NCBI GenBank assembly: GCA_030390025.1
Contig: CM059432.1
Span: forward strand, 26,352,001-26,416,000
Reading direction: 5' to 3'
DNA from: Squalus acanthias
Taxonomy: Eukaryota
DNA: 64,000 nt
A program made the position numbers and the translations under genes. This document shows positions 22,277 to 33,775 of this stretch, piece after piece (position 1 is the stretch's first letter; each line of letters opens with the position of its first letter). The notes under the pieces are model-generated. The model saw nothing but the letters and a program-made list of their open reading frames with translations. It searched no databases and was not told the origin of the DNA.

Positions 22277-25200
22277 CCTTGGCAGCAAAATGCATTCACA
22301 GGTCTCTCCAGGCCGAGATTCAAGGCTGCAATGAGCAGGGTGTGGCTGGGGAGCAAGTTGGCCCCCCCCCGCTTTAAGAAGTGGCCGGCGCCAGTGTGTC
22401 TGTGTTCCCTCGCTAACTGGCAGCAGCTGCGCTGCGCTCGCGCGCTGAGTTAGCGCCTCACTGCTCGGCCTTTGCGCCTTAAGACAGGTATGCAGCGCCT
22501 GATTTAGCGCTCCACTCACCTCCCGGGGCGGTAAAAGTGAAGTTTCCAGTCAGTGCCGATAATTAGCGCCAGGCGCTAATATTTGCGTCCAGACGATATT
22601 TGCGCCCCAAATGGGGCGCGACCTAATTTTTCCCCCTTTGTGTCTTAATGCAAGGAGCATTCGGAACAAGGTGGATGAATTAGCTGCGCAAATAGAGGTA
22701 AATGAATACAATTTGATTGGGATTACAGAAACATGGCTCCAGGGTGGCCAAGGCTGGGAACACAACATCCAGGGTTATTCAATATTTAGGAAAGATAGGC
22801 TAAAAAGAAAGGGAGGTGGGGTAGCATTGCTGGTTAAAGAGGGGATTAACACAATTAAAAGGAAGGATATTAGCTCTGATGATGCGGAATCCGTATGGGT
22901 AGAACTGAGAAATAACAAGGGGCAGAAAACGTTAGTGGGAGTGGTATATAGACCTCCAATCAGTAATACGGAGGTTGGGGACGGCATTAAAAGGGAAATT
23001 AGAGAAGCATGCAGTAAGGGCACAGCAGTCATCATGGGTGACTTTAATTTACATATAGATTGGGCTAACCAAATTAGTAAAAATACTGTGGAGGAGGAAT
23101 TCCTAGAATGTTTACGGAATGGTTTTCTGGAACAATATGTCGAGGAACCAACTAGAGATCAGGCCATCTTAGACTGGGTATTATGTAACGAGAAAGGATT
23201 AATTAGCAATCTTGTTGTACGAGGCCCCTTGGGTCAGAGTGATCATAATATGATAGAATTCTTCATTAGGATGGAGAGTGAAGTAGTTGAATCAGAGACT
23301 AGGGTCCTGAATTTAAATAAAGGAAACTATGATGGTATGAGGCGCGAATTGGGTAGGATTGATTGGGGAATGTCACTCAAGGGGTTGACGGTGGACAGTC
23401 AATGGCAAACATTCAAAGACTGCATGGATGAACTACAGAATTTGTTCATCCCAGTGTGGCATAAGAATAAAACAAAAATGGTGACTCAACCGTGGCTAAC
23501 AAGGGAAATTAGGGATAGCATAAGATTCAAGGAGAGGGCATATAAATTGGCCAGAAAAAGCGGTAACCCTGAGGATTGGGAGCAGTTTCGGATTCAACAA
23601 AGGAGGACAAAGGGATTAATTAAGAAGGGGAAAATAGAATATGAAAGTAAGCTTGCTGGGAACATAAAAACTGACTGTAAGAGCTTTTATAGATATGTGA
23701 AGAGAAAAAGATTAGTGAAATCAAGTGTAGGTCCCTTGCAGTCAGAAGCGGGGCAAGTTATAATGGGGAACAAAGAAATGGCAGACCAATTAAATGCATA
23801 CTTTGGTTCTGTCTTCACAAAGGAGGACACAAATAACCTCCCAGAGATGTTGGAGAACATACGATCTGATGAAAGGGAGGAACTGAAAGAAATCAGTATT
23901 TGCAGGGAAATGGTGTTAGGGAAATTGACAGGATTGAAGGCCGATAAATCCCAGGGCCTGATAATCTACATCCTAGGGTACTTAAGGAAGTGGCCCTAGA
24001 AATAGTAGATGCATTGCTGATCATCTTCCAACATTCGATGGAATCTGGAACTGTACCCATGGATTGGAGGGTAGCTAATGTTACCCCACTATTCAAAAAG
24101 GGTGGTAGAGAGAAAGCGGGGAATTACAGACCGGTAAGCCTGACATCGGTAGTGGGGAAAATGCTAGAGTCCATTATAAAGGATGTAATAGCTGAGCACT
24201 TGAAAAACAGTGACAGGATCGGACAAAGTCAACATGGATTTACAAAAGGTAAATCGTGCTTGACTAATCTACTGGAATTTTTTGAGGATGTAACTGGGAA
24301 AATAGATAAGGGAGAACCAGTGGATGTGGTGTATTTGGACTTTCAAAAGGCTTTCGATAAGTTCCCGCATAAGAGATTAGCATGTAAAGTTAAGGCACAT
24401 GGGATTGGGGGCAAGTTATTGACTTGGACAGAGAACTGGTTGGCGGACAGAAAGCAGAGAGTAGGAATTAATGGGTCTTTTTCCAAGTGGCAAGCAGTGA
24501 CTGGTGGGGTACCACAGGGATCGGTCCTTGGACCCCAACTATTCACAATATACATTAATGATCTAGATAAGGGAACTAAATGTAATATCTCCAAGTTTGC
24601 AGATGACACAAAGCTGGGTGGGAGTGTGTGCTGCGAGGAGGATACCGAGAAACTCCAGGATGATTTGGACAGGTTGGGTGAGTGGGCAGAAGCGTGGCAG
24701 ATGCAATATAACGTGGATAAATGCGAGGTTATCCACTTTGGTGTCAAAAACAGAAAGGCAACTATTATCTGAATGGCAATAGATTGGGAGAAGGGGAAGT
24801 GCAACGAGAGCTGGGTGTGCTTGTGCACCAGTTGCTGAAAGTAAGCATGCAGGTGCAGCAGGCGGTGAAGAAGGCAAATGGTATGTTGGCCTTCATAGCG
24901 AAAGGGTTTGAGTATAGGAACAGGGATGTCCTGCTGCAGTTGTACAGGGCCTTGGTGAGACCACACCTTGAATACTGTGTGCAGTTTTGGTCGCCTTATC
25001 TGAGGAAGGATGTTCTTGCCATGGAAGGAGTTCAGCGAAGATTCACAAGGCTGATACCTGGGATGGCAGGAATGACATATGAGGAGAGATTGGGTCGATT
25101 GGGCTTATACTCGCTGGAGTATAGAAGAATGAGAGGGGATCTCATCGAAACATGTAAAATTCTGACAGGTCTGGACAAACTAGATGCAGGAAGAATGTTC

Positions 25201-26284
25201 CCGATGGTCAGGGGTCATAATCTAAGGATAAGGGGTAAACCATTTAGGACAGAAATGAGGAGGAATTTCTTCACCCAGAGAGTGGTGAACCTGTGGAATT
25301 CTTTACCACAGAAGGCAGTTGAGGCCAATTCATTAAATATATTCAAGAAGGAGTTAGATATATTTCTTAAGGCTAAAGGGATCAAGGGATATGGGGAGAA
25401 GGCAGGGACAGGGTACTGAGTTTGGATGATCAGCCATGATTTCATCGAATGGCGGAGCAGGCTCGAGGGGCCGAATGGCCTACTCCTGCTCCTATCTTCT
25501 ATGTTTCTATGTTTCTATGTCCTCTGATTTCCCGTCCAATTTGGATGAATGAAAAATCAGGATCTGCAGGCCTGCAATTTCCCACATAGTGAACCATGGG
25601 GTGCTGCCCCTTACCAGGAGCACCTGATTGGAGAATCAGCCCTAATATTCTAACCATTGCCTAACCGTTGTCTTGCGCAAACGTCTTTAAAACAAAAGAT
25701 ATCTCATCTCAACAAATTTTGTTTCAAGCATTTTTCTCACAGTATAAAATGTAGAAAATATTCATACATAGAAATAATTTTGCCATGTGGGATATTTCAC
25801 TTCAAAGGATTTCATTATGCAGAAGTTCAACAGTACTTTATCAGCTCACTATCATCAAATGTTAATTACTTTTAAACCTAGATTCAATATATCAAATAGA
25901 ATTATAAAATGAAAGAACTCCTATCGCTGTAAAATTAAAAATGAAACCAGCAATTTCAAGAGATGTTAATGAATGTACCTATATCAGGTACAGTAGCGTA
26001 GTGGTTATGCTACTGGAATAATAATCCAGAGAATATGAGTTTAAATACCACCATGGCAGTTTGAGAATTTGAATTCAGTTTAAGTTCTTTTTTTCTTTCT
26101 TGCTCTCATTTTTCTCTAAAGTTCATTAACCCATCTTTGGAGCTGCAGATATCAACAAGTACTGCACTTTTTAATTATTTATTTTTTGTTAAAAGACATG
26201 AAGGGAGTTGATGAAGAGAGTAAAATTGTCCCCTTCCGAAGTGACAAAAGCTAAAATGAGGAGCACAGTGTGTTCCTGTCAAAT

Positions 26285-26430
26285 AATAAAAGACCTCGGA
26301 GTGACTTGCAATTGAATGAAAGATCAGGTACACATACAAACCAGAAGATGCAAGGTTCAATTCCCGGTCTATGCTGAGTTAACTGATCTCAGCTAGGGCA
26401 AGAGTTGGGGTGATAAAATTGGCCTAATTT
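26285..26430 (+). repeat. Old SINE-like repeat with a B-box-like motif; a second local copy (26925-26970 plus 31279-31385) is split by Harbinger A copy 3
   Basis: GGTTCAATTCCCGGTCTATGCTGAGTTAACTGATCTCAGCTAGGGCAAGAG recurs near 31310; related sequence at ~43750-44050 (-), ~56890 and ~62690. Confidence 0.55.
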
Positions 26431-27481
26431 TAGCCTTTATGAGATAAAGATGTATTCAGGCAGGCTTACCGCCTTCAGGAGGTGACAAACAGAATGCGGC
26501 CCTACCAAAAAAAAATAAAGCATAGTGGAGAATCTATGCAGAAAGAGCCTACATCTGATCTGAATTGAACACGATTGTCAGACCAATCAGACCACAAATA
26601 GAGGAAGTCTCAATTCTAAATGAAGGTATGATATTCTTCTTTCCAAAAGCTTTCTGATTATAATTTACCTTTAAGTAGGTTGCCTGCTTCATTAAACATG
26701 GAGTGGGATTAAGAAAAGATGAAACTAATCTCCAACAGGCTTAAGATATGCAGACAGACTCAAACCTACAACATTGAACCTACTAAAAGGCAAAAATCCT
26801 TCCAATGCTGGTTCAGTAAAAAATAAATAAGGATAAGGGGAGCTTGAGAGTTCTATTGTCTAAATGGAGATAAAGTAATTGACATTGTGTTACTGAATCA
26901 TTGCCTACAGTAAGTCTCTCTGAAATTATAAAAAGACCGAGGAGTGACTTGTAATTAAATAATAGATCAGGGGGGAAAAATTCACTTGGTTGCGCCTCCC
27001 GTTGGCGCCTTAAGAGGGCACTAATGAGGCGTTAAGCCGCTAACGCCCGGGCGCAGCGATGTTTGCGCCGCTCAAGAACTTAACTTGAGATTGTGCGGCG
27101 GCGCTAAAACTTACTGCTGCGACCACCTGCGCGCGCAGATTATGACGTCATTCCATGGTGCAACGCCCTTGGGGCGCCCCGGAGCGGAAATTGAGTGGCG
27201 CCCCCTGCCTTACCGCCTGGCGCTTCCAACGACCGGAAGACTGGAACGCTATCAATCGGTGTGGGGCTGGGGGGGGCGCTATTTAAAGGGGGCCTCTTCC
27301 TGTCTTTTTCTGTGGTCGACATTTATGCACCACTCGTTCTGAGAGAGAGAGAGAGATTCGGAGAGAGAGAGAGAGAGACTTCTACATTGACTCAACGCTT
27401 TGTGAGGTAGTTTTGCCTATTCATCCTAACTTTGTTGCTACTTTAGTTGCTGTACCTCATTACTTTTCTGGCAAAGAGAAT

Positions 27482-28642
27482 ATGGGGGCTGCACTGATTG
27501 GGGGCGTCGTCCTGCTCCAGCTGAATCGGAGGATACCGAGACGCAGACAGAGAGTGGCAATGATGGCCAGACGGAGGAGGGCCATCAGGCGCATGTACAG
27601 GAGAGCTTACCCTCCCAGGGTATATCGTGAACAGCTCTCCTACATCCATATGTCCGAGGAGCTGTGTTTGCGAAGACTGCGATTCAGCAAGGAGGTGGTC
27701 ACTGAGCTCTGCCACCTGCTGCAGCCAGATCTGCAGCCTCAGCTGAGGTCCAGGACGTCTCTGTCGGTGGCAGTGAAGGTCACAGTGGCTTTGAACTTCT
27801 ATGCCACTGGCTCATTCCAAGCTGCTGTTGGGGACCTCGTCAATATCTCCCAGTTTGCGGTGCATCGCTGCATCCGGCAGGTCACCAATGCCCTCTTCAG
27901 AAGGAGACGAGACTTCATCTCTTTCCCTATGACCCCAGACAAGCAGCGTGACCGTGCTCTGGGCTTTGCGAGGGTAGCGGGCTTCCCCATGGTGCAGGGC
28001 GCCATTGACTGCACGCATGTGGCTTTGCGTGCTCCGCGAGAGAATGCAGAGGAATTCAGGAACAGAAAGGGGTTCCATTCCTTGAATGTGCAGTTGGTCT
28101 GTGACCACAGACAGGTGATACTCGCTGTCAATGCCCACTATCCGGGCAGCTGCCACGATGCTTTCATCCTGCGCCAGACTACTGTGGCAGAAGTTTTCGA
28201 GGCACCGCATCAGCCAGTTGGTTGGCTTCTGGGGGACAAGGGGTACGCATTGAGCACCTGGCTGATGACACCGCTCCGTACGCCAAACACCCCTGCTGAG
28301 CTGCGGTACAATGAAAGCCATCAAGCAACCAGGAACATTATTGAGCGCACAATCGGCGTGCTGAAACAACGGTTCCGCTGTCTGGACCATTCCGGAGGAG
28401 CCCTGCAGCACTCGCCTGAGCAAGTTTCGAACTTCGTAGTCATGTGCTGCATGTTGCACAACATGGCAATCCTCAGGACCCAGCCAATGCCACCAGGCCT
28501 TGTAGCACCACCAGAGGAGGAGGAGGAAGAGGAGGAAGAGGACGAGGACGATGATCATCAGCAGCACCAAGGCAGGAGGGCGGCCCACAATGGTCAAACT
28601 GCAAGGACCGTCCGTCAACGACTAATAGCAAGCCGCTTCTAG
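27482..28642 (+). CDS. Harbinger DDE transposase, 386 aa, open
   Basis: Catalytic motifs intact; 10 amino-acid differences from copy 1 by manual comparison. Confidence 0.95.
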   Translation: MGAALIGGVVLLQLNRRIPRRRQRVAMMARRRRAIRRMYRRAYPPRVYREQLSYIHMSEELCLRRLRFSKEVVTELCHLLQPDLQPQLRSRTSLSVAVKVTVALNFYATGSFQAAVGDLVNISQFAVHRCIRQVTNALFRRRRDFISFPMTPDKQRDRALGFARVAGFPMVQGAIDCTHVALRAPRENAEEFRNRKGFHSLNVQLVCDHRQVILAVNAHYPGSCHDAFILRQTTVAEVFEAPHQPVGWLLGDKGYALSTWLMTPLRTPNTPAELRYNESHQATRNIIERTIGVLKQRFRCLDHSGGALQHSPEQVSNFVVMCCMLHNMAILRTQPMPPGLVAPPEEEEEEEEEDEDDDHQQHQGRRAAHNGQTARTVRQRLIASRF

Positions 28643-28936
28643 GGCCCCTGCCATTGCTACAAACACTAATCAACCCAGCACGCAACCCCTAAGCCGGCCA
28701 AGGCACCAATAATTCCAACCACCAGCCATGTATATTTTGAATACAGAAACTTATTTATTTTACAAACTCTGTGTGTGTCAATTCCTCATGACAAACTCAT
28801 AGAAATAAACACAAAAAAATAGTCAATAACATAACTGGTTCTCACAACCTGGAGATAATGTCCAAAACACTAAACAAAAGTTGGACCATGAACCTCGGCC
28901 TTTAATAAAAAAATGACCAGCATTTTGTCACACCTC

Positions 28937-30920
28937 CTACTTTTTGCCCTTCGAGGGTGATCTCCTTCCCTTGCGCACTTCCCCCCTTCTAACCCTACTG
29001 CTCCTCCGTAATGGGACCTCAGTGGCTGCAGCAAGGCTGGTGGAAGGCTGCTGCTCGTCAGACCCTGACACTGCAGATGCCCCTGAAGGACGGCCTCGAC
29101 CAGCTCTGGGCCTGGAGGGCCCGGCTGCAGACTGCACCAACTCTGCATGGGTGGCAGCAGTCTGTCCTACAGGCGGTGGCAAGTGCAGTGGAGAAGTGAC
29201 AGTGTTGGCAGCAGGAATGCTGTCATCGTGAGAGAGCTAGCAACTCCCTGCTCGCCCGACACACTGGCACTCCCACGGGGCAGCACTTCAGCATCCGGAG
29301 CAATCTGCCGGAGAACAGATTGCTGGCCTGCTGCGGCGCGGTGACAGCCCCGGGGACATGTGAACGAACCATCGAGGTTGGCAGCAGTCTGTGCTCGCGT
29401 GGCCTCCATCTGAGTCTGTATGAGAGCAGTCAGAGGTGGGATCACGGCAGCCAGTGACTGAATTGCAGCACTAAGCGTTAGTGTGGCATCCGCCTGTGCT
29501 ACAGCGAAGTGCTCCATACTCCTTGCCAGTGACTCAATGCATTCGGGCACCCTTCCCACTGCACCCATGAGCTCAGTGTGCATGCACACCGCCTGGGTGT
29601 TCATTTCTGCAATCAGCCGCTCCTCCTCTGCGTCCATTGCAGTAGGAGTGTCTGGCATACTCTCCCTCTGGGGAGAAGGCCCCCGTTCTTCCCTACTCCC
29701 CCCATGGCGTTGCTGCAGCCCGCTGGGTCCTGGAGCTTCACCATCATCAGCCCCTTCCCCCCTGCTCCCCTTCGGGGAAGGCGTGTTCCCAGTGTGGGCA
29801 TGGGCTTCCTCGGGAGAGGGTGGCACTGATGCTCTGGCTTCCTCTTCCTCCTCAGCTGCAGCATCACTCCCAGTGGCAGCTTCAGGGCCCGTCTCCTCAG
29901 CTGGTGAATCACCATCTGAAAGCAGGGAGGTACAAGAGTGGCTTTAGCGTGAGGACAGGGTGGCAGTAAGGGAGGAATAAGTGCAGCGAGTTAGCAAGTT
30001 GGATTGAAAGTGTCAAAGGCTGGTGTTGTGAGGGACAAGTGGAAGGACAGAGGACAAAAAGGTGATGACCTTACCATTGCTGTCCAGAACGGGGTCGGCG
30101 TCTCCAGTGGCGACGGGACCGATCACCCGGCTTGCCACAATCCTGTGGACGCGCTCCTCCAGATCGCTGAGGGGTTGCAGCTGAAGCCCCCCTCCACCTG
30201 TCCGTTGCTGCTGTCTCCTATTATGAGCCAGCTTAGCCTGCAAGAAAAAGGACAGCATCTGAGTAAATATACAGCCATGGTCTTGCCTGATGTGCCTCCC
30301 ATAGGTGAATAGCCGTTACTGTATGCAGCCATGGTCTTGCCTGATGTGCCTCCCATAGGTGATTAGCCCTTACAATATGCAGCCATGGTCTTGCCTGATG
30401 TGCCTCCCATAGGTGAATAGCCCTTACAATATGCAGCCATGGTCTTGCCTGATGTGCCTCCCATAGGAGAATAGCCCTTACTGTATGCAGCCATGGTCTT
30501 GCCTGATGTGCCTCCCATAGGTGAATAGCCCTTACTGTATGCAAAGTGTGGAATGTGTGTGTGTGTTTGATGAAAGGGCCATAGGTGTTGGATGAGTGTT
30601 GTGCATTGGGGTTTTAAGACCCTCTGGCCATAGAGTGAGGTTGAGATGGAGGGATGGAGAGGTATTGAGAAAAAGCCACTCACCCTGACGACCCGAGTGA
30701 GGTCGTTGAACTTTTTGCGGCATTGAGTATGGGTCCTGGGCACCATGCTCCTGGAGGAGACGCTCTGAGCCACCTCCCTCCACACTCTTCTGAACTCGCG
30801 TGGCAAGGGCCTCCTGCCACTCTCAGGGAACAGCATACATCGTCTGCGCTCCACTGCGTCAACCAGAGCATCCAAGGCCCGCTCGGTGAAGCGATGAGCG
30901 CGTTCTCTCACCCTCTCCAT
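28937..30920 (-). pseudogene. Myb/SANT-like gene of copy 3; exons 30920-30684, 30237-30075, 29915-28937; 1-nt deletion near 29236 alters the C-terminus
   Basis: Same splice sites as copy 2; GAGAGAGCTAG here versus GAGAGAGGCCAG in copy 1. Confidence 0.85.
30272..30541. repeat. 54-bp tandem repeat x5 in intron 1 of the Myb-like gene
   Basis: Same unit as 21736-21897 with a few substitutions. Confidence 0.97.
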
Positions 30921-31621
30921 GCTTGGCAGCAAAATGGATTCACAGGTCTCTCCAGGCTGAGATTCAAGGCTGCAATGAGCAGGGTGTGGCTGGGGAGCAA
31001 GTGGCCCCCCCCGCTTTAAGAAGTGTCCGGCACCAGTGTGTCTGTGTTCCCTCGCTAACTGGCAGCAGCTGCGCTGCGCTCGCGCGCTGAGTTAGCGCCT
31101 CACTCCTTGGCCTTTGCGCCTTAAGACAGGTGTGCAGCGCCTGCTTTAGCGCTCCACTCACCTCCCGGGGCGGTAAAAGTGAAGTTTCCTGTCAGTGCCA
31201 ATAATTAGCGCCAGGCGCTAATATTTGCGTCCGGACGATATTTGCGCCCCAAATGGGGCGCGACCTAATTTCTACCCCCAGGTACTCATACAGACCAAAA
31301 GATGCCAGGTTGAATTCCTGGTCTGTACTGAGTTAACTGATCTCAGCTAGGGCAAGAGTTGGGACATTAGAATTGGCCTCAGAACCCTGGACCCTGGAGA
31401 AATTCAGCTGTGGCTCCCACTCTTGCTTGGTTTCCAGTGACCCCCTTCTGCAAATTGTGGACATCGGGTGAAAGCAGGGCATTGTCAAATAGCTGCTGGC
31501 AATCACTATTCTGCTCACAGATGAGGAATGGTCACTTAAGCTCCTGTGGAACCATACACCGTCAAGAGTTTCCACCTTCAGGGAAAGAGGCTAGAAAAGA
31601 GACAGATTGGGGAAAACAGCT

Positions 31622-33115
31622 ACATAAGAACATAAGAACATAAGAAATAGGAGCAGGAGTAGACCAATCGGCCCCTCGAGCCTGCTCCGCCATTCAATGA
31701 GATCATGGCTGATCGGATCCAACCTCAACTCTAAAGAACACAAGAAGCAGGAGAAGGACCAGGCCACTCGGCCCCTGGGCTCGCTCCACCACCCACAGGG
31801 CCTTGACCGATCCGAACTCAAACTCATGTCCAATTTCCAGCCCGCTCCCCGTAACCCCTGATTCCCTTTACTTCTAGGAAACGGTCTATTTCTGTTTTAA
31901 ATTTATTTAATGATGTAGCTTCCACAGCTTCCTGGGGTAGCAAATTCCACAGACCCACTACCCTCTGAGTGAAAAAGTTTCTCCTCATCTCAGTTTTGAA
32001 AGAGGAGCCCTTTATTCTAAGATTATGTCCCCTAGTTCTAGTTTCACCCATCATTGGGAACATCCTCACCGCGTCCACCCGATCAAGCCCCTTCACAATC
32101 TTATATGTTTCAATAAGATCGCCTCTCATTCTTCTGAACTCCAATGAGTAGAATCCCAATCTACTCAACCTCTCCTCGTATGTCCACTCCCTCATCCCCG
32201 GAATTAACCGAGTGAACCTTCTTTGTACTGCCTCGAGAGCAAGTATGTCTTTTCTTAAGTATGGACACCAAAACTGTATACAGTACTCCAGGTGCGGTCT
32301 CACCAATACCCTATACAACTGCAGCAATACCTCCCTGTTTTTATATTCTATCCCCCTAGCAATAAAAGCCAACATTCCATTGGCTTTCTTGATCACCTGC
32401 TGCACCTGCATACTAACTTTTTGATTTTCTTGCACCAAGACCCCCAGATCCCTTTGTACTGCAGTACTTTCCAGTTTCTCGCCATTAAGATAATAACTTG
32501 CCCTCTGATTTTTCCTGCCAAAGTGCATAACCTCACATTTTCCAATATTGTATTGCATCTGCCAAATCTCTGTCCACTCACCCAGCCTGTCTATATCCCC
32601 TTGTAGGTTTTTTATGTCCTCCTCACTCTCTACTTTCCCTCCCATCTTTGTATCATCTGCAAACTTTGATATGTTACACTCGGTCCCCTCCTCCAAATCG
32701 TTAATATAGATTGTAAAGAGTTGGGGACCCAGCACCGACCCCTGCGGAACACCACTGGCTACTGGTTGCCAGTCCGAGAATGAACCATTTATCCCAACTC
32801 TCTGCTTCCTGTTAGATAACCAATCCTCCACCCATGCCAGAATATTACCCCCAATCCAGTGATTTTTTATCTTAAGTAATAATCTTTTATGTGGCACCTT
32901 GTCGAATGCCTTCTGGAAGTCTAAATACACTACATCCACTGGTTCCCCTTTATCCACCCTGTACGTTATGTCCTCAAAGAACTCGAGCAAATTTGTCAGA
33001 CATGACTTCCCCTTCATAAAGCCATACTGACTTTGTCCTATTAAATTATGTTTATCTAAATGTTCCGTTACTGTCTCCTTAATAATAGACTCCAAAATTT
33101 TACCCACCAGAGATG
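31622..33115 (-). mobile_element. 5'-truncated CR1 LINE, (TTCTTATG)n-tailed subfamily; RT portion open (31824-33107, 427 aa)
   Basis: Continuous RT ORF with QGSVLGP and FADD; tail CATAAGAACATAAGAA on the + strand near 31623. Confidence 0.95.
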
Positions 33116-33775
33116 TTACGGTAGGTTTGGGATGGAAAATATTCTTGTAATATATTATTTTTCTGTAACACTTGCCTTTTTGTCACATGTGGAGGAAGAA
33201 CTAGTTGGTATGAGAAGGCATTATAATTATATTTGTGAAGATTTCATCTTCACTGTGTTACCACGATAAGACCAAGCACTTCCTGTTCTTGTATAATTGT
33301 CCCTTTCTATTGAATAATTTCACCTTTCAGGTAAAGTTTGGCAACTGTTATGTTGGAGTATGATCAGTATTGGGCTCAGCAGTAGTACACCTCATGGTCA
33401 AATAGCCTGAAAACATTCTGAGGAAGAAATTCATTATAGCCCAGGAATGGGCGGTAACTTTTGAAAAGTTTGAGAACTAGTGCCAGGTGCTAATGCTTCA
33501 GACTGCATGCAAAATTCAGTCTCATTGCACAAAGAAAGGATTGGAATGCTAAATCAAGTGCTAATGGCCTAGCTCTGTGGCATTAAACTCGAAGCACTGA
33601 CCAATATCAGATGCAATCTAATCACAAGTCATCATTGCCACAGGCTCTTTCCAGTTCTTAAAGGGGAGATTGATTAATGCTGCAGAACCTCATTCTCATC
33701 ATTGCTGGCTGTGCAGCCATCTCAGCCAGCAGCAGCAGATCAAGGAGGAGGAGCCTGATGACTCAAGCAGCCGTA

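Larger units (their letters stand above)
18421..22636 (+). mobile_element. Full-length Harbinger transposon, family A copy 2 (4216 bp); both genes open, candidate autonomous element
   Basis: TIRs GGGGTAAAAATT / AATTTTTCCCCC; TSD TTT; the empty site is visible in the paralogous CR1 near 45975 (CCTGAAGGCTTTATGTCTT). Confidence 0.97.
18237..25419 (+). pseudogene. CR1 ORF2 (APE-RT), interrupted at 18421-22636 and frameshifted near 23955 and 24760
   Basis: LKA|LCLNARSIRNK is split exactly by the transposon; GITETW, GDFN, SDH, QGSVLGP and FADD motifs. Start position approximate. Confidence 0.9.
16956..25520 (+). mobile_element. Near full-length CR1 LINE (5' UTR, ORF1, ORF2, 3' UTR) interrupted by Harbinger A copy 2
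   Basis: Open ORF1, APE-RT ORF2, 3' UTR and (TTCTATGT)n tail ending near 25520. 5' boundary approximate. Confidence 0.95.
16905..25643. mobile_element. Small TIR element (about 175 bp: 16905-~16955 and ~25521-25643) split by the full-length CR1
   Basis: Imperfect ~30-bp TIR: left AGGGCTGATACCCTAAGCGGGTGCTCC, right (reverse complement) AGGGCTGATTCTCCAATCAGGTGCTCC; AAT on both flanks. Confidence 0.65.
26971..31278 (+). mobile_element. Full-length Harbinger transposon, family A copy 3 (4308 bp)
   Basis: TIRs GGGGGAAAAATT / AATTTCTACCCC; TSD CAG; the empty-site paralog AGATCAGGTAC lies at 26321. Confidence 0.97.

Noticed and set aside
22611..23999. ORF starting inside the Harbinger end as a functional fusion restoring CR1 ORF2
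   Set aside because: It is a chance in-frame ATG in the transposon end, and ORF2 is frameshifted twice downstream.
26460..26625. Exon-like segment on the + strand (QAYRLQEVTNRMRPYQKK...)
   Set aside because: The frame stops after 35 codons, and I could not identify partner exons or a homologue.
30272..30541. 54-bp repeats as a CRISPR array
   Set aside because: The units are head-to-tail with no unique spacers, there are no cas genes, and the context is an intron of a eukaryotic transposon.
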